From a candidate division FCPU426 bacterium (GTDB lineage Bacteria; Oederibacteriota; Muellerivitia; Muellerivitales; Muellerivitaceae): a stretch of DNA of 64,000 nt. How positions within the stretch are numbered: the first letter of the stretch is position 1; every line of letters begins with the position of its first letter. The position numbers and the translations under genes were made by a program. A model generated the notes under the pieces. It made no database searches. It was given only the letters and a program-made list of their open reading frames with translations, and was not told where the DNA came from. The DNA is taken from NCBI GenBank assembly GCA_963719085.1, contig CAVRAL010000005.1, positions 96,001-160,000 of the forward strand, written 5' to 3'. Shown in pieces: positions 53,573 through 63,082 of this stretch.

Positions 53573-54307
53573 TTATTTAACCGAAAAAACCGAAACCGGA
53601 ATAGTTTGATCCACTTCATTCGTCGTCACATCCATGTCCGAGATGACATCAAAGTTAGTAGTGTGAGATTCCGTATGCACATGCTGAGGGTGATAAGTGT
53701 TACCGATCTTCGTATAGGTGGCATCCATGGTTAACACCTTCTTCCCCGTAGGATCCAAGCCTTCCATGTGAGTAATGGTGCTACCCGTAGGATCGATCTT
53801 GAGAGTGGCGTGATCCATGCTCTTGGGCATCTGGCCGCCGCTGAGGGTAACTTCGTAATGACCGCCCGGGGGATCCCCCGCGTCTGTTACGGCTTGGGTA
53901 CTGGAAGTGGCGAAATTGGTCACGCTATTGGACAGTACTTGGAAGGGATCAATCGGAAAGGGGGACTTGACCGGCGAATACTTCCCCGTAGTGGGATCCT
54001 GCACATAGAGATATCCATCGCCAACGGAAATCATCGCGCTTTTTTGGACGCTGTTGTCGATGATGACCTTTAAATAGCTGGGCTTCTCTTTGAACATCTC
54101 GGTAGTTTGAACAATGGTCGTAGGTCCCTCGCCGGGCTTTTGGATGATCGTGGAGCTTTTATAAATGATGTGCTGGCTGTTATTGGTGACATGGGTTCTG
54201 TTTTGAACGTTCTGGAGCAGGTCGTGGGCGCTGGGCAAGGCCCAAGCAGGCGAGGAACAGCTAACAATTAAAAAGAATAGGTTGAAGGCTTTTCGAAACT
54301 GGGCCAT
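53573..54307 (-). CDS. Secreted LolA-like fold / lipoprotein-sorting-like protein
   Basis: Signal peptide; EKPSYLKV, ISVGDG.LY and C-terminal IPVSVF pattern typical of LolA-like folds. Confidence 0.6.
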   Translation of the reverse strand: MAQFRKAFNLFFLIVSCSSPAWALPSAHDLLQNVQNRTHVTNNSQHIIYKSSTIIQKPGEGPTTIVQTTEMFKEKPSYLKVIIDNSVQKSAMISVGDGYLYVQDPTTGKYSPVKSPFPIDPFQVLSNSVTNFATSSTQAVTDAGDPPGGHYEVTLSGGQMPKSMDHATLKIDPTGSTITHMEGLDPTGKKVLTMDATYTKIGNTYHPQHVHTESHTTNFDVISDMDVTTNEVDQTIPVSVFSVK

Positions 54308-54387
54308 TGGGCTTTCCAAATAAGTGACTTAAAAATAATGCTTAATTTTTAATAAAAATTAAAACTGACCAATAAAATAACCAGCAA

Positions 54388-54416
54388 ACGATATAGCGAT
54401 TGGCAAAACCCGTCAA
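54388..54416 (-). promoter_or_regulatory. Putative sigma70 promoter for the LolA-like to giant-gene block
   Basis: TTGACG-17 bp-TATCGT; a second AAACTTGACGG copy at 54442-54452. Confidence 0.55.
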
Positions 54417-54502
54417 GTTTTAAAAGTGTTAATAATTTAAACCGTCAAGTTTCCCGTTTCACAGCCTTCAAGATAATTCCTAACAAAACCAATCCCAAAA
54501 AC

Positions 54503-55609
54503 TTAAGACTTCCGGTTTAAAACCGGCGTCGGCGAAGGCGTCGGTGTAATAACCGGTTTGGGCCCCAAAGTAGCGGTCGCAGTCGGAATCGCGGGCCAAA
54601 TGGCTTTGAGCGGCAAGATAATCGTTCCCTCCTCTTTCGAGTCCGTCACAATTTTCAATTGACCTTCCAAACCCTTGTCGGTCGACTGTTTTAAAGCGCC
54701 GGCATCCACCCGCCATTGGATGATGAAATTGCCGACCGAATCCTTACCGAAATCATAGCGAAGCCAAGAAGGCAACCCGTCGATGCGCGCGATTTTAAAA
54801 GGATGTCCGTATATCTGGCGGATCTGGGTATTGTCCCGCCAGTCCTTCAATCGAGAGGGATCCAAAACACCTAAGTCCAAGAAAGCCGGCATGACAGTCC
54901 AAACACTTCCCACTGAAGCCATGAAGGGATAATCAAACGCGGCGCTTTTCGACTCCGTCCCAGCGATGTGGATTGTGCCGTTGTAAGAACCCGGAGCCGC
55001 GTTTTCTGGAATCGTCAATTGCACGTCATAAAGACCGGGGGTCGCCAAAGCCGTCACGGCCGCCTGGAAAGGCCCCGGCGTCACCTCGGGCGTTCCCGGT
55101 TTCCAACGAGGATATTCTTTTTGGACCAGTTTTAAGGTTCCATGTCCTTGGTGGGAATGTCCCGAAAGAACGTAACCACCTTCCAAAACGGGCGGCTGAA
55201 ACGTGTAAGGCGATTCAAGCTCGGCCGTAAACAAAAACTGTTCGGTATTGCGGCTGATACCGTGGATCTTGTCTTGGGAATAAACTTGAAACTTCACCAC
55301 AAAGTTTTTCAATCCATTCAACCCCGCGGGCGGATGATAATCGATCACCAACCAAGTGGAGGTTTTGGGCTTCAAGACCGCCTTGACGATATGCGCCGTG
55401 GTGCAGGAACAGTCAGCCTGCAGGTTCCACATGGAGAGCGTCTGGTTAGTGGGGTTGGTGAGCTTGGCTTTGATTTGGTAGGACTTACCGGACGCCACTT
55501 TACCGAATTGGTGGTACTTCGGAACCATCACGATTTGGGCTTGCGCGGTTTGCGACAATAAAAAGGCGGCGAGGAAAAACAGAGGTAGAAGTGAATTCAT
55601 TTTCCGCAT
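54503..55609 (-). CDS. DUF1573 Ig-domain secreted protein
   Basis: HQFGKV...LTNPTNQTL...ADCSCTT...LKP motif; signal peptide. Confidence 0.8.
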   Translation of the reverse strand: MRKMNSLLPLFFLAAFLLSQTAQAQIVMVPKYHQFGKVASGKSYQIKAKLTNPTNQTLSMWNLQADCSCTTAHIVKAVLKPKTSTWLVIDYHPPAGLNGLKNFVVKFQVYSQDKIHGISRNTEQFLFTAELESPYTFQPPVLEGGYVLSGHSHQGHGTLKLVQKEYPRWKPGTPEVTPGPFQAAVTALATPGLYDVQLTIPENAAPGSYNGTIHIAGTESKSAAFDYPFMASVGSVWTVMPAFLDLGVLDPSRLKDWRDNTQIRQIYGHPFKIARIDGLPSWLRYDFGKDSVGNFIIQWRVDAGALKQSTDKGLEGQLKIVTDSKEEGTIILPLKAIWPAIPTATATLGPKPVITPTPSPTPVLNRKS

Positions 55610-55861
55610 AGATATAACTCCACCATAATAAAAATTCAAAAAACAGAATGAAAAACCTTTTAAATATCGAACATCTATACCAAGAGTTCCTTATTTTACG
55701 GACCCTGCGAAAGATAACAACTAAAAAAGATTCCCAACCAAGACGGGAATTTTTACTCCCCCATTAAATTTTTAAGCTTCCTCTGGACATGGGCCATAAC
55801 ATTTTGGAAAATGCGCCTGTATCGACGGATTGGGTTTTCTATATATAAGCGGAGGACAATC

Positions 55862-56278
55862 ATGAAGCCTTTTTTTGCGTTTGTATTATCCGGTGCTTTT
55901 GCCCTGGTTTTTATTCCCGCCTGGTCTCAAACAGTTTCCCCAACGCCTTCACCTACCACCCATCACCATACTGCCCCGCCCTGGCCCGACAAGCGCCCCC
56001 GTATCCGCGAGGTCAAGAAAAGGATCGGTGTGGAATATACCCGCATTTCCCAGGCGCTAAAAAAGGGAAAAATCACCAAGGCTCAGACTTTTCCACTTAA
56101 AAAGAATGTCCTCGCCGTTCATGAGAAAATGCTGGATTTTATCAGGCAAAACAAGGTCTATGGCTTGAATGCCGACCAGGAAAATCAATTGATGACAATG
56201 CTGGACCAGGCTGAGACAACCACCAATTCCACCGTGAACACGCCAGCCGCCACGCCTGGCCTCACACCCCAAAAATAA
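55862..56278 (+). CDS. Small secreted helical hypothetical protein
   Basis: GGAGGA SD, signal peptide, Pro/Thr ends. Confidence 0.7.
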   Translation: MKPFFAFVLSGAFALVFIPAWSQTVSPTPSPTTHHHTAPPWPDKRPRIREVKKRIGVEYTRISQALKKGKITKAQTFPLKKNVLAVHEKMLDFIRQNKVYGLNADQENQLMTMLDQAETTTNSTVNTPAATPGLTPQK

Positions 56279-56280
56279 CC

Positions 56281-59200
56281 CTAAAAATTCATCGTATAGC
56301 TGGCGTTGCCCTGTTGGCTCAAAACAAACGGATTATCGGCCCTGGAATAGCTCCAATTCACGGCCAAGGTGGTGTTTGAATTCAGGTTCGCCGATAAAGT
56401 CGTCTGAGCGGTCTGGATAGTGGTATCCACTTCCCCACTCGATCCGTTGTATTGGTAGCTGGCGGTCCAACTCAAAAAGTTCCCAGGCCTCCAGGTAAAG
56501 CCCGCCGCCGGGCTATAGGTAAAAACCGTTCCGCCTTCCAAATGATCCACCGTCTCCGTAAAGCCGCCCTGTTCATAAATCGACAATTCTTTCGAAAGTT
56601 GTTCGTTGACCTTCAGGCTGAAGGTATGGGCCGTGGTGAAAGCGTTCAAACTGTTGGTCGAGAATGTCGTGTTAAAGGTATCGGGACCGTAGGGCAAAAG
56701 CGGATTGGCGATATTGCCCTGGCCCGGCGAGACTTGGTTGAGTTGGTTATAGGTGTGGCTAAGGGTGAAGGTGAAAATCGGCCCCGCAGTCCAAGCCACG
56801 GCGTCGTTTTCCGTTTGGGTCAGGGTTTGGGTCGCGATGGTCGCCCCGCCGGACAGGTTTTGTTGTTCCTCGTTCACCCTTTTGTAACTGACCTGCGCGT
56901 TCACCTGTCCCAGTGGTTTTTGTCCGGTCAGGTTGGTGGTTTCGGTTTGCTGGTAAAAATTCAGCGGAAACCCGGCGGTGGAGCTGTCCCAGGTCCAATA
57001 TTGATCCAAGGTATAGTCGGCGGAAAAGGTTCCAAAGCCGGGGGTCAAAGCGGCTTTGTAGTATTGATGCAAGTTTTCAGAAACGGTCACACCATCCGGC
57101 ACCAGGATATCCAGTTGAAAGGAAGGCTGGGTGGTCAGCTTCAGCCAAGTCAGCGGCGTCATTTCCAAGGAACCCGATCCGGTATGCAAGTCTTCCGGAA
57201 CCGTGGCGCCCAAAGCCTGGGTTTGCTGGAATTGCAGGCTGTAACTGCCGTTGGAATTCAGCCACTTCAGGGGATCGGTTTGGTAAGTGGCCGAAACCTG
57301 GGCTTGGGGCGGCCCCGGCGGCGCGTTGGAATAGGATCCTTTCCCGGTCAAGGTCAGGTGGTCAAGGGGCTTCCCTTCCATCGTAAAGTTATAAGTTTGG
57401 GACGGGATATTGTTGCCCGGCGCGGTTTGGGGAACCGAGGTGTTGGTTCCCGCTTCCACGATGTCGGTAAGTTTCCACTCCCCCGAAAGGTCGAAATTAA
57501 AATTTTTCCATTTCACGCTGGAAACTTCCGCGCTCCCGCCATAGGAATTATTCTCGCCCAGGTTGGTGCCCGTCTGGCTTTCCTGCAAGGCGCTGGTCTT
57601 TAAGGACAGGCTGGCCGGCAGGGTCCAAATCAAACTGGCCGTGTTGCGCAGGTCGCCCTGGGTCATGGGGCTTAGGGGATTGGCCTGGGTTTCCTGGCTG
57701 TTGTAATAAACATAATCAAACTCGGGCCAGCCGCCGGGCTTGTCCCTGGCTTCACCATGATCCGTGGTGGTTTCGTCCTCGTATCCCAAACTGGAATTCC
57801 GTTGGTAGGTCCGGTCCACCTGCGCGTAAAAATTCGCGCCCGCCTTATAGTCGGCCTGGGCCATCCAATTTAAAGTATCCCCGCTGGTCAAAAGATTGCC
57901 GATGCTGGTGAAGTTAGGGCTGGTGCCTGAAATTTTTCCCACGAGATGAAAGGGACCCTGAAAAGTCTCGCCGTCCAAATAATAAGCCGCCCCTTCCAGG
58001 GACGGCGCTAAAGCCGGGTCCAGGCTTTCTTGGATTGAGCCGTCAATTTCCCCGCTCAACTTCAAGCGCGGCCCCAAGTTTAAAGTACTGTCCAATTCCA
58101 AGATGTGGGTATCAGCCGCCACCTGTCCTGTCGCCGTGGTCACATTGGCGTCAGGCTGTTCGATCTGGCCCAAGTAACCCTGGCCGATCACCCATTGGAC
58201 CTCCGAGGGGGATACCGTCGCCCCCTGCGGGGGCAATGCCTGCGTCGACAGACCTCCGCCTACCGGAGCCGCCGTGAGCGATGTGGACGCCATCGCCGAA
58301 ACCGGCTGTCCCGGAACAGTTAACGGGACTCCCGCGAAATTACGGTTGACCAGGGACGGCGGAGACGCGGAGCTACTCGAGGGCAGGCTGTCCACCTTCC
58401 CGATCAAGGCCACGTCCGCGTGGTACCCAAAAATTTGGGTGTTGAAAACCGAACTACTGCTTTCGGCCGTCACTTCCACCACGTCCGTCAACTGAATGAC
58501 CCGGCTGATGAAGGTCAATTGGCCCAGGGTATAGTCCAGGCTGTAGTCCGTGCCTCGGGCGAGCTTTTGCCCGTTCAGGGTCACCACTTCGCTTCCCGGC
58601 ACCAGCGGCACCGTGGGGATCAGATAGGGGCCCTGGGTGTTGTTCCCGAAAAACTTGTCGTAAACGGGCCTGCCTTGGGGCGTGGCGTAAAGGGCCGTCA
58701 CATCCCAATTGTCATAATGGCCGGTCAACTTAAGCCCCGTCGTGGAAAGTCCGCTGGAAAGAAATTGGCTTCCCGGAAGGGAGGCCGAAAAATCCCCGAA
58801 ATAAAGATCCCAGTGCTTGGTCGAAAGGGTCAGGTCATACTCGTCCTGTAAGGCCAGGTCCGACTGGGCGAAATTGCCCGAAATTTTCACCTCGTCATTC
58901 AACTGCCCTTCCATGTGAAGCGTCAGGGTCTCGTTCCGGTTATAGCCCGTGTTGGTGATGCCCGTCGTGGTATTCCCCTGGGCCTCGGAATAAGAGAGAT
59001 TGATGGTCTTGGACCCGGTTACCTTAAAGGTCGGCGTCTTTATAACCGTCGGGGACGGCGAGGGAGTGGTCTTGACCGTGGGAACCGGCGTCGCCGCCGT
59101 GACCGGCGAAGACGGCGGGGCCTGGGGTGTCGGGGGGCTGGTCACGACGACAGGGGTGGTTTGGCTTTGAAGGGTTTCCCTTTCTTGCGTGACCTGTTGC

Positions 59201-59571
59201 GGCGATTTATCGGCGATGCCCACCAAAACTTCCTCGCTGGGAAACAAAATCGTTTGACCCGGATGGATCAAATCGGGGTTCGGAATGGAGTTGAATTTTA
59301 AAAATAAAGGCCACAACCAGGGCTTTCCGTAAAAGGAATCCGCCAAATCCCAAAGGGTGTCGTCTTGTTCGATGGTGTATTGTTTTAACACCGGCACCGC
59401 CGGAACCGGGGTGGACAAAACCAGCGCTGTTGGAACCGGACTCACCGCGGCAGGAACCGATGCCAAAGGGACTATCGCCGTCGGCGCGGGGGTTTGACCC
59501 CAGGCTTTTAAACCCGGCAAAGCCAGCCCCGTGATGATTCCGTAAAGTGAAAGGTAAAAAAAACGTTTCAT
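56281..59571 (-). CDS. LysM-domain, SprA-like large outer-membrane beta-barrel protein
   Basis: LysM YTIEQDDTLWDLA...NPDLIHPGQ; SprA-like PGSEVVTLNGQKLARGTDYSLDYTLGQLTF; long amphipathic strand region ending YTMNF. Confidence 0.72.
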   Translation of the reverse strand: MKRFFYLSLYGIITGLALPGLKAWGQTPAPTAIVPLASVPAAVSPVPTALVLSTPVPAVPVLKQYTIEQDDTLWDLADSFYGKPWLWPLFLKFNSIPNPDLIHPGQTILFPSEEVLVGIADKSPQQVTQERETLQSQTTPVVVTSPPTPQAPPSSPVTAATPVPTVKTTPSPSPTVIKTPTFKVTGSKTINLSYSEAQGNTTTGITNTGYNRNETLTLHMEGQLNDEVKISGNFAQSDLALQDEYDLTLSTKHWDLYFGDFSASLPGSQFLSSGLSTTGLKLTGHYDNWDVTALYATPQGRPVYDKFFGNNTQGPYLIPTVPLVPGSEVVTLNGQKLARGTDYSLDYTLGQLTFISRVIQLTDVVEVTAESSSSVFNTQIFGYHADVALIGKVDSLPSSSSASPPSLVNRNFAGVPLTVPGQPVSAMASTSLTAAPVGGGLSTQALPPQGATVSPSEVQWVIGQGYLGQIEQPDANVTTATGQVAADTHILELDSTLNLGPRLKLSGEIDGSIQESLDPALAPSLEGAAYYLDGETFQGPFHLVGKISGTSPNFTSIGNLLTSGDTLNWMAQADYKAGANFYAQVDRTYQRNSSLGYEDETTTDHGEARDKPGGWPEFDYVYYNSQETQANPLSPMTQGDLRNTASLIWTLPASLSLKTSALQESQTGTNLGENNSYGGSAEVSSVKWKNFNFDLSGEWKLTDIVEAGTNTSVPQTAPGNNIPSQTYNFTMEGKPLDHLTLTGKGSYSNAPPGPPQAQVSATYQTDPLKWLNSNGSYSLQFQQTQALGATVPEDLHTGSGSLEMTPLTWLKLTTQPSFQLDILVPDGVTVSENLHQYYKAALTPGFGTFSADYTLDQYWTWDSSTAGFPLNFYQQTETTNLTGQKPLGQVNAQVSYKRVNEEQQNLSGGATIATQTLTQTENDAVAWTAGPIFTFTLSHTYNQLNQVSPGQGNIANPLLPYGPDTFNTTFSTNSLNAFTTAHTFSLKVNEQLSKELSIYEQGGFTETVDHLEGGTVFTYSPAAGFTWRPGNFLSWTASYQYNGSSGEVDTTIQTAQTTLSANLNSNTTLAVNWSYSRADNPFVLSQQGNASYTMNF

Positions 59572-60746
59572 GAGCCCGGTAAAGCTCCCCACCCGCCCAC
59601 GGTGATCTTGAAGCGGCTTTCCACGGGCGCTTCAGCGTTTAGTTGGTAATGAACCACCTGATTCTGTTCGGCGTCGATGAGGAAAAGCTGATCGTTCCAA
59701 AGGCTTAAGGCCGTGGGTTTGACGGCGCCATCCGTGGCCAGGGTTTGAAAAACCCCGCCGTTCCCGTCCAAAAGATAAATCAGCGCCTGGGACGAGTCGC
59801 TGACGAGGGCGAAATCCTGCGGGCTCACCGCCATGCCCGCCACCGCTCCAAAGGCCGGGACCGGCTTCAAGGAACCGGTCACGCCGCCCGTTGAATTTAA
59901 AATCTGGACCTGGGTCTTATTGGTCCTGATCCAATAGTTCCCGTTGATTTGAAGAAAAGGGCCGTCGTTGCCCAGCGAAAAGGGAGAGCCCAGTTCATCC
60001 AATACGCCGCCCGTACTGGTGATGTGAAAAAGAATTCCTTGGCCCGAATCCGAAACCCAAAAATCGGCGGCTCCGCCTTTTTGGATGAAAACCGGGCTCT
60101 GAAATCCCAAAGCCAGCTGGTTGGAAGGGGTCACCTGGACGCCGGTTAACTGCCGCACCTCCCCCAGGTAAATTCCCCGGCTGTCAAAACGGGCCAACCG
60201 TTGGTTTTGGGAATCGCAAACGGTCAATAGGAGCCCGTCCCAATCCACATCCGTGGGCTGGCTCAGCCCGGAGCTTCCCCCGCCAAACTGGCCGACTGAC
60301 TGTAGAAACGCGCCTGTATCGGTCAAAAGCTGAACCCGCTGGTTGCCCGTATCCGCGACCGCCACCGTCAAACGGGCCCCCTGGGGGTAAGCGCAAAGAC
60401 CCTCAGGATTTAAAAAGCGGCCGGGCCCCGCGCCCAAACCGCCGAAGGCGCCCATCCATTTCAAGTCCCAACGCGCCAATGTCAAAACCGCCGTGTAATC
60501 CCCCGCCGGCAAGGTCTCGCCCTTGTCATCCCGGCCGTCCCATTGGGTCTTCAAGGATCCCACGGGAAAAGCTTTATCCTTTTCCAAGACCCGGACCGTT
60601 TGCCCCGCCGCGTCCATGATCCGGATCGTTCCCAATCCGCTTTGATCGACCTCAAACTGCGCCGGATACAGCCGTACGGGTATGCTTTTCATTTCCACGC
60701 AACCCGGCAGGAACGCCAAGGCCAAAATCCAAACCCATTTTTTCAT
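59568..60746 (-). CDS. Lipoprotein with FlgD-Ig domain and NHL propeller
   Basis: Lipobox LPGC; WDGRDDKGETLPAGDY; VADTGNQRVQ repeats; ATGA overlap with the next gene. Confidence 0.85.
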   Translation of the reverse strand: MKKWVWILALAFLPGCVEMKSIPVRLYPAQFEVDQSGLGTIRIMDAAGQTVRVLEKDKAFPVGSLKTQWDGRDDKGETLPAGDYTAVLTLARWDLKWMGAFGGLGAGPGRFLNPEGLCAYPQGARLTVAVADTGNQRVQLLTDTGAFLQSVGQFGGGSSGLSQPTDVDWDGLLLTVCDSQNQRLARFDSRGIYLGEVRQLTGVQVTPSNQLALGFQSPVFIQKGGAADFWVSDSGQGILFHITSTGGVLDELGSPFSLGNDGPFLQINGNYWIRTNKTQVQILNSTGGVTGSLKPVPAFGAVAGMAVSPQDFALVSDSSQALIYLLDGNGGVFQTLATDGAVKPTALSLWNDQLFLIDAEQNQVVHYQLNAEAPVESRFKITVGGWGALPGS

Positions 60747-60798
60747 TCGCACGCGCCTTCTCCTCTCATCCATTCAAGCTGTCGCCCCGTCAAGCCCG

Positions 60799-61743
60799 TC
60801 ACCACTTCACGCTTAAGGTCAAACGCGAAGGATATCCATCGGCCGCCTGGGCGAGGTAGGTGTAATCCACCCTCACTTCCTTGAAAACTTTTTCCGGGTG
60901 CGCGACCAGCCCGACCCCCAAACTGGCGGTCTGGTTGTTCGCCCCTAGCCTTAGGAAAACATTGTCGAGCCAGGACGCTTCTAACCCGCCGCCCCATCGG
61001 GTCGCGGCGTCGTCCCAAAGGTCTTTTTGAATTCCGGGCTCGAGAGTGAAGGAGACGGGGCCCACACGGGCCCATTTCCAAGCGCAAGCCGCGGCCCATT
61101 GGCCCAGAATCATTTCGGGAGGACTGCCGTCATTAAAGCGGATGACACGGTTGCCCGGGTCGCTCAAGACGAATCCCAACCGGGCGTTCTTCCCCAACGC
61201 CAAGTCCGCGGCCAAGTCCAACCCCCAGCCCGAACCTTCCGTGCTCGCGAAATCCACTAGGTCGTATTTGAGGCTGGCGCCCAGGGATAGAAAGCCGAAT
61301 TGGGCCGCCGCGGAGGCGTAGAAACGGTTGTCGCTTTGGGTAAAAAAACCGAGGACTTGGGTGAGCGGCTGGCCCGTGGAAGGATCCACTTCGACCTGTC
61401 CGTTGGAATCGCGCACAATGCCGTATTCCACTTGGTTCTGGACCGCCAGGGCATCCCATCCGAATCCCAGCGCGATCCCCGGCAAGAGGGGAAAACCCCC
61501 GCTGACCTGAAAGTCAAACTGGTCCACGGCAAAGCGGTTTTGGGTGTACGCGGTTTCGAGGGAGTCGGCGAGGGTCAGCAAAGCGGGATTGACGAAAACA
61601 GAAGTGGCCACCGGGCTGTCGGCGATCGCCAAACCACCCAAAGCCAAGTCGCGGGCATCCGTCACGGTCTGAGCCGCTCCCGAACCTACCGATAAAAGGC
61701 CGCCATATATGGAAAGGATAATTAAACCAAAAAGCTTATTCAT
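60799..61743 (-). CDS. PorV/PorQ-like (FadL-fold) outer-membrane barrel
   Basis: DARDLALGG...SVFVNPALL N-terminal motif; GASLKY, GLDLA, FLRLG, RVDYTY; C-terminal LSVKW. Confidence 0.75.
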   Translation of the reverse strand: MNKLFGLIILSIYGGLLSVGSGAAQTVTDARDLALGGLAIADSPVATSVFVNPALLTLADSLETAYTQNRFAVDQFDFQVSGGFPLLPGIALGFGWDALAVQNQVEYGIVRDSNGQVEVDPSTGQPLTQVLGFFTQSDNRFYASAAAQFGFLSLGASLKYDLVDFASTEGSGWGLDLAADLALGKNARLGFVLSDPGNRVIRFNDGSPPEMILGQWAAACAWKWARVGPVSFTLEPGIQKDLWDDAATRWGGGLEASWLDNVFLRLGANNQTASLGVGLVAHPEKVFKEVRVDYTYLAQAADGYPSRLTLSVKW

Positions 61744-61910
61744 ACGCGGGCATTCTAAAACACAAAAAACAAAATCGCTCTATTTTTTGTGCTTTGAAAT
61801 GCCGCGGGCCTTTTGGCTTTCAAGGTTGAAAAACGGGACTACCGGAAACCGGAGGATCAACCTGTCTTTTTAAGGGGCGCAGCCTTCATGGCATCCCCGC
61901 CCCTTGCTTT

Positions 61911-62030
61911 TTATTTCGAGGGAATTTCAGCGGCGGCCGCGACAGGCTTCAAATGCCGGGTCTTTTTGCGCTCAATGCGCTTCACCATAAATTCGGTCTT
62001 TGGTTTTTTGGGCCCTTTTTTCTTGGTCAT
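61911..62030 (-). CDS. Small basic protein (39 aa), below the ORF-track cut-off
   Basis: AGGAGG SD, then MTKKKGPKKPKTEFMVKRIERKKTRHLKPVAAAAEIPSK*. Confidence 0.55.
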   Translation of the reverse strand: MTKKKGPKKPKTEFMVKRIERKKTRHLKPVAAAAEIPSK

Positions 62031-62184
62031 TCGCGTCCTCCTGGAATTGGGTTGTGGAAAGCGAATGCCAATCGATCAGGAAAGAAAAAATCCCAAAGAC
62101 CCGCCCATTCGATGATCACGGGATCATCCTAGGGGGCTGGAGCTCGAATAGATACCTCTTATCCGTCTTTTGTCCCCCAAGACC

Positions 62185-63039
62185 TCAAGGCGGAGAAGGC
62201 ACCGAGTCGTCGTAATGACCGGGAGTGGGCGTAGGCGGGAAAGTCGTGTCCACATAAGTCGTCTTCGCGCCGCAAGCCTTATTGACCGAAACCGAGAAAT
62301 GGTTGCTGGTAAAGGGCACGCCCGGGGCGCGCATCTCATTACCCGCCTCGACCGCGTACAGGTACCAATCCGGTTTAAGGTAGCCGCGGGAAATCGAATC
62401 GTTCAAGAAATCCCCGATCGCCAGGTTCTTCACCGAGGTGGCGGGCGTCTTGGCCAAATAAGCGATGTATTTCCACTTGTTATTCCCCGAGCCCGCGTCC
62501 ATCCACCAAAGTTCCCAGGTTTTTCCGCTGATCGTCACCGGACCCGCGTCGTATTGCCAGCCGTTGGTATCGCGGTAGTCCATCCAAATCATGAGCTCGG
62601 CCCCGCCGTTGAACCCCGAAGCGGACCCGCATTGGTTGTCGGGACAAACCCAAATATCATAAGCCGTATCCCAGCTCCCGGTATTGGGAGGGGTGAAGTC
62701 CCAATCACTGGTGACGCACTGAAGCGAGCGCAAAGGAGCCGGCAGATCGGTTTGGGCCGTGGTCACACCCCAGGCCCTTCCATAAACGATGGAAGGATAA
62801 CTGGAAACGCTGGGACAGGTGGAGGTGGATTCGGTCACGCTGAAAGATCCCGTCTGGTCGTCGATATTCACGCATTGGACGCCGGGACAAAGGCTATTGT
62901 TCCAGTAATCCGTTTGAACCACATAGGGCCCCACGGCCACATTTTTAAAGGGCTCGCAGGTGCTGATCACTTTGGCGCCGGAAATCATCGGCGTCAAAAG
63001 ACAGGCGAGGGCAAAGAAGGCTTTGTTTATGTTTTTCAC
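62185..63039 (-). CDS. GH12 endoglucanase
   Basis: Signal peptide; SYPSI, AYDIW, ELMIW, VEAGNE motifs. Confidence 0.88.
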   Translation of the reverse strand: MKNINKAFFALACLLTPMISGAKVISTCEPFKNVAVGPYVVQTDYWNNSLCPGVQCVNIDDQTGSFSVTESTSTCPSVSSYPSIVYGRAWGVTTAQTDLPAPLRSLQCVTSDWDFTPPNTGSWDTAYDIWVCPDNQCGSASGFNGGAELMIWMDYRDTNGWQYDAGPVTISGKTWELWWMDAGSGNNKWKYIAYLAKTPATSVKNLAIGDFLNDSISRGYLKPDWYLYAVEAGNEMRAPGVPFTSNHFSVSVNKACGAKTTYVDTTFPPTPTPGHYDDSVPSPP

Positions 63040-63082
63040 CCAGGGATTTTATCATCCGGCAGGTTTAAAAGGGCATCGATTT

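Noticed and set aside
62056..62072. Possible sigma54 promoter (TGGCAT...TTCC) before the small basic ORF
   Set aside because: The -12 GC doublet is not conserved.
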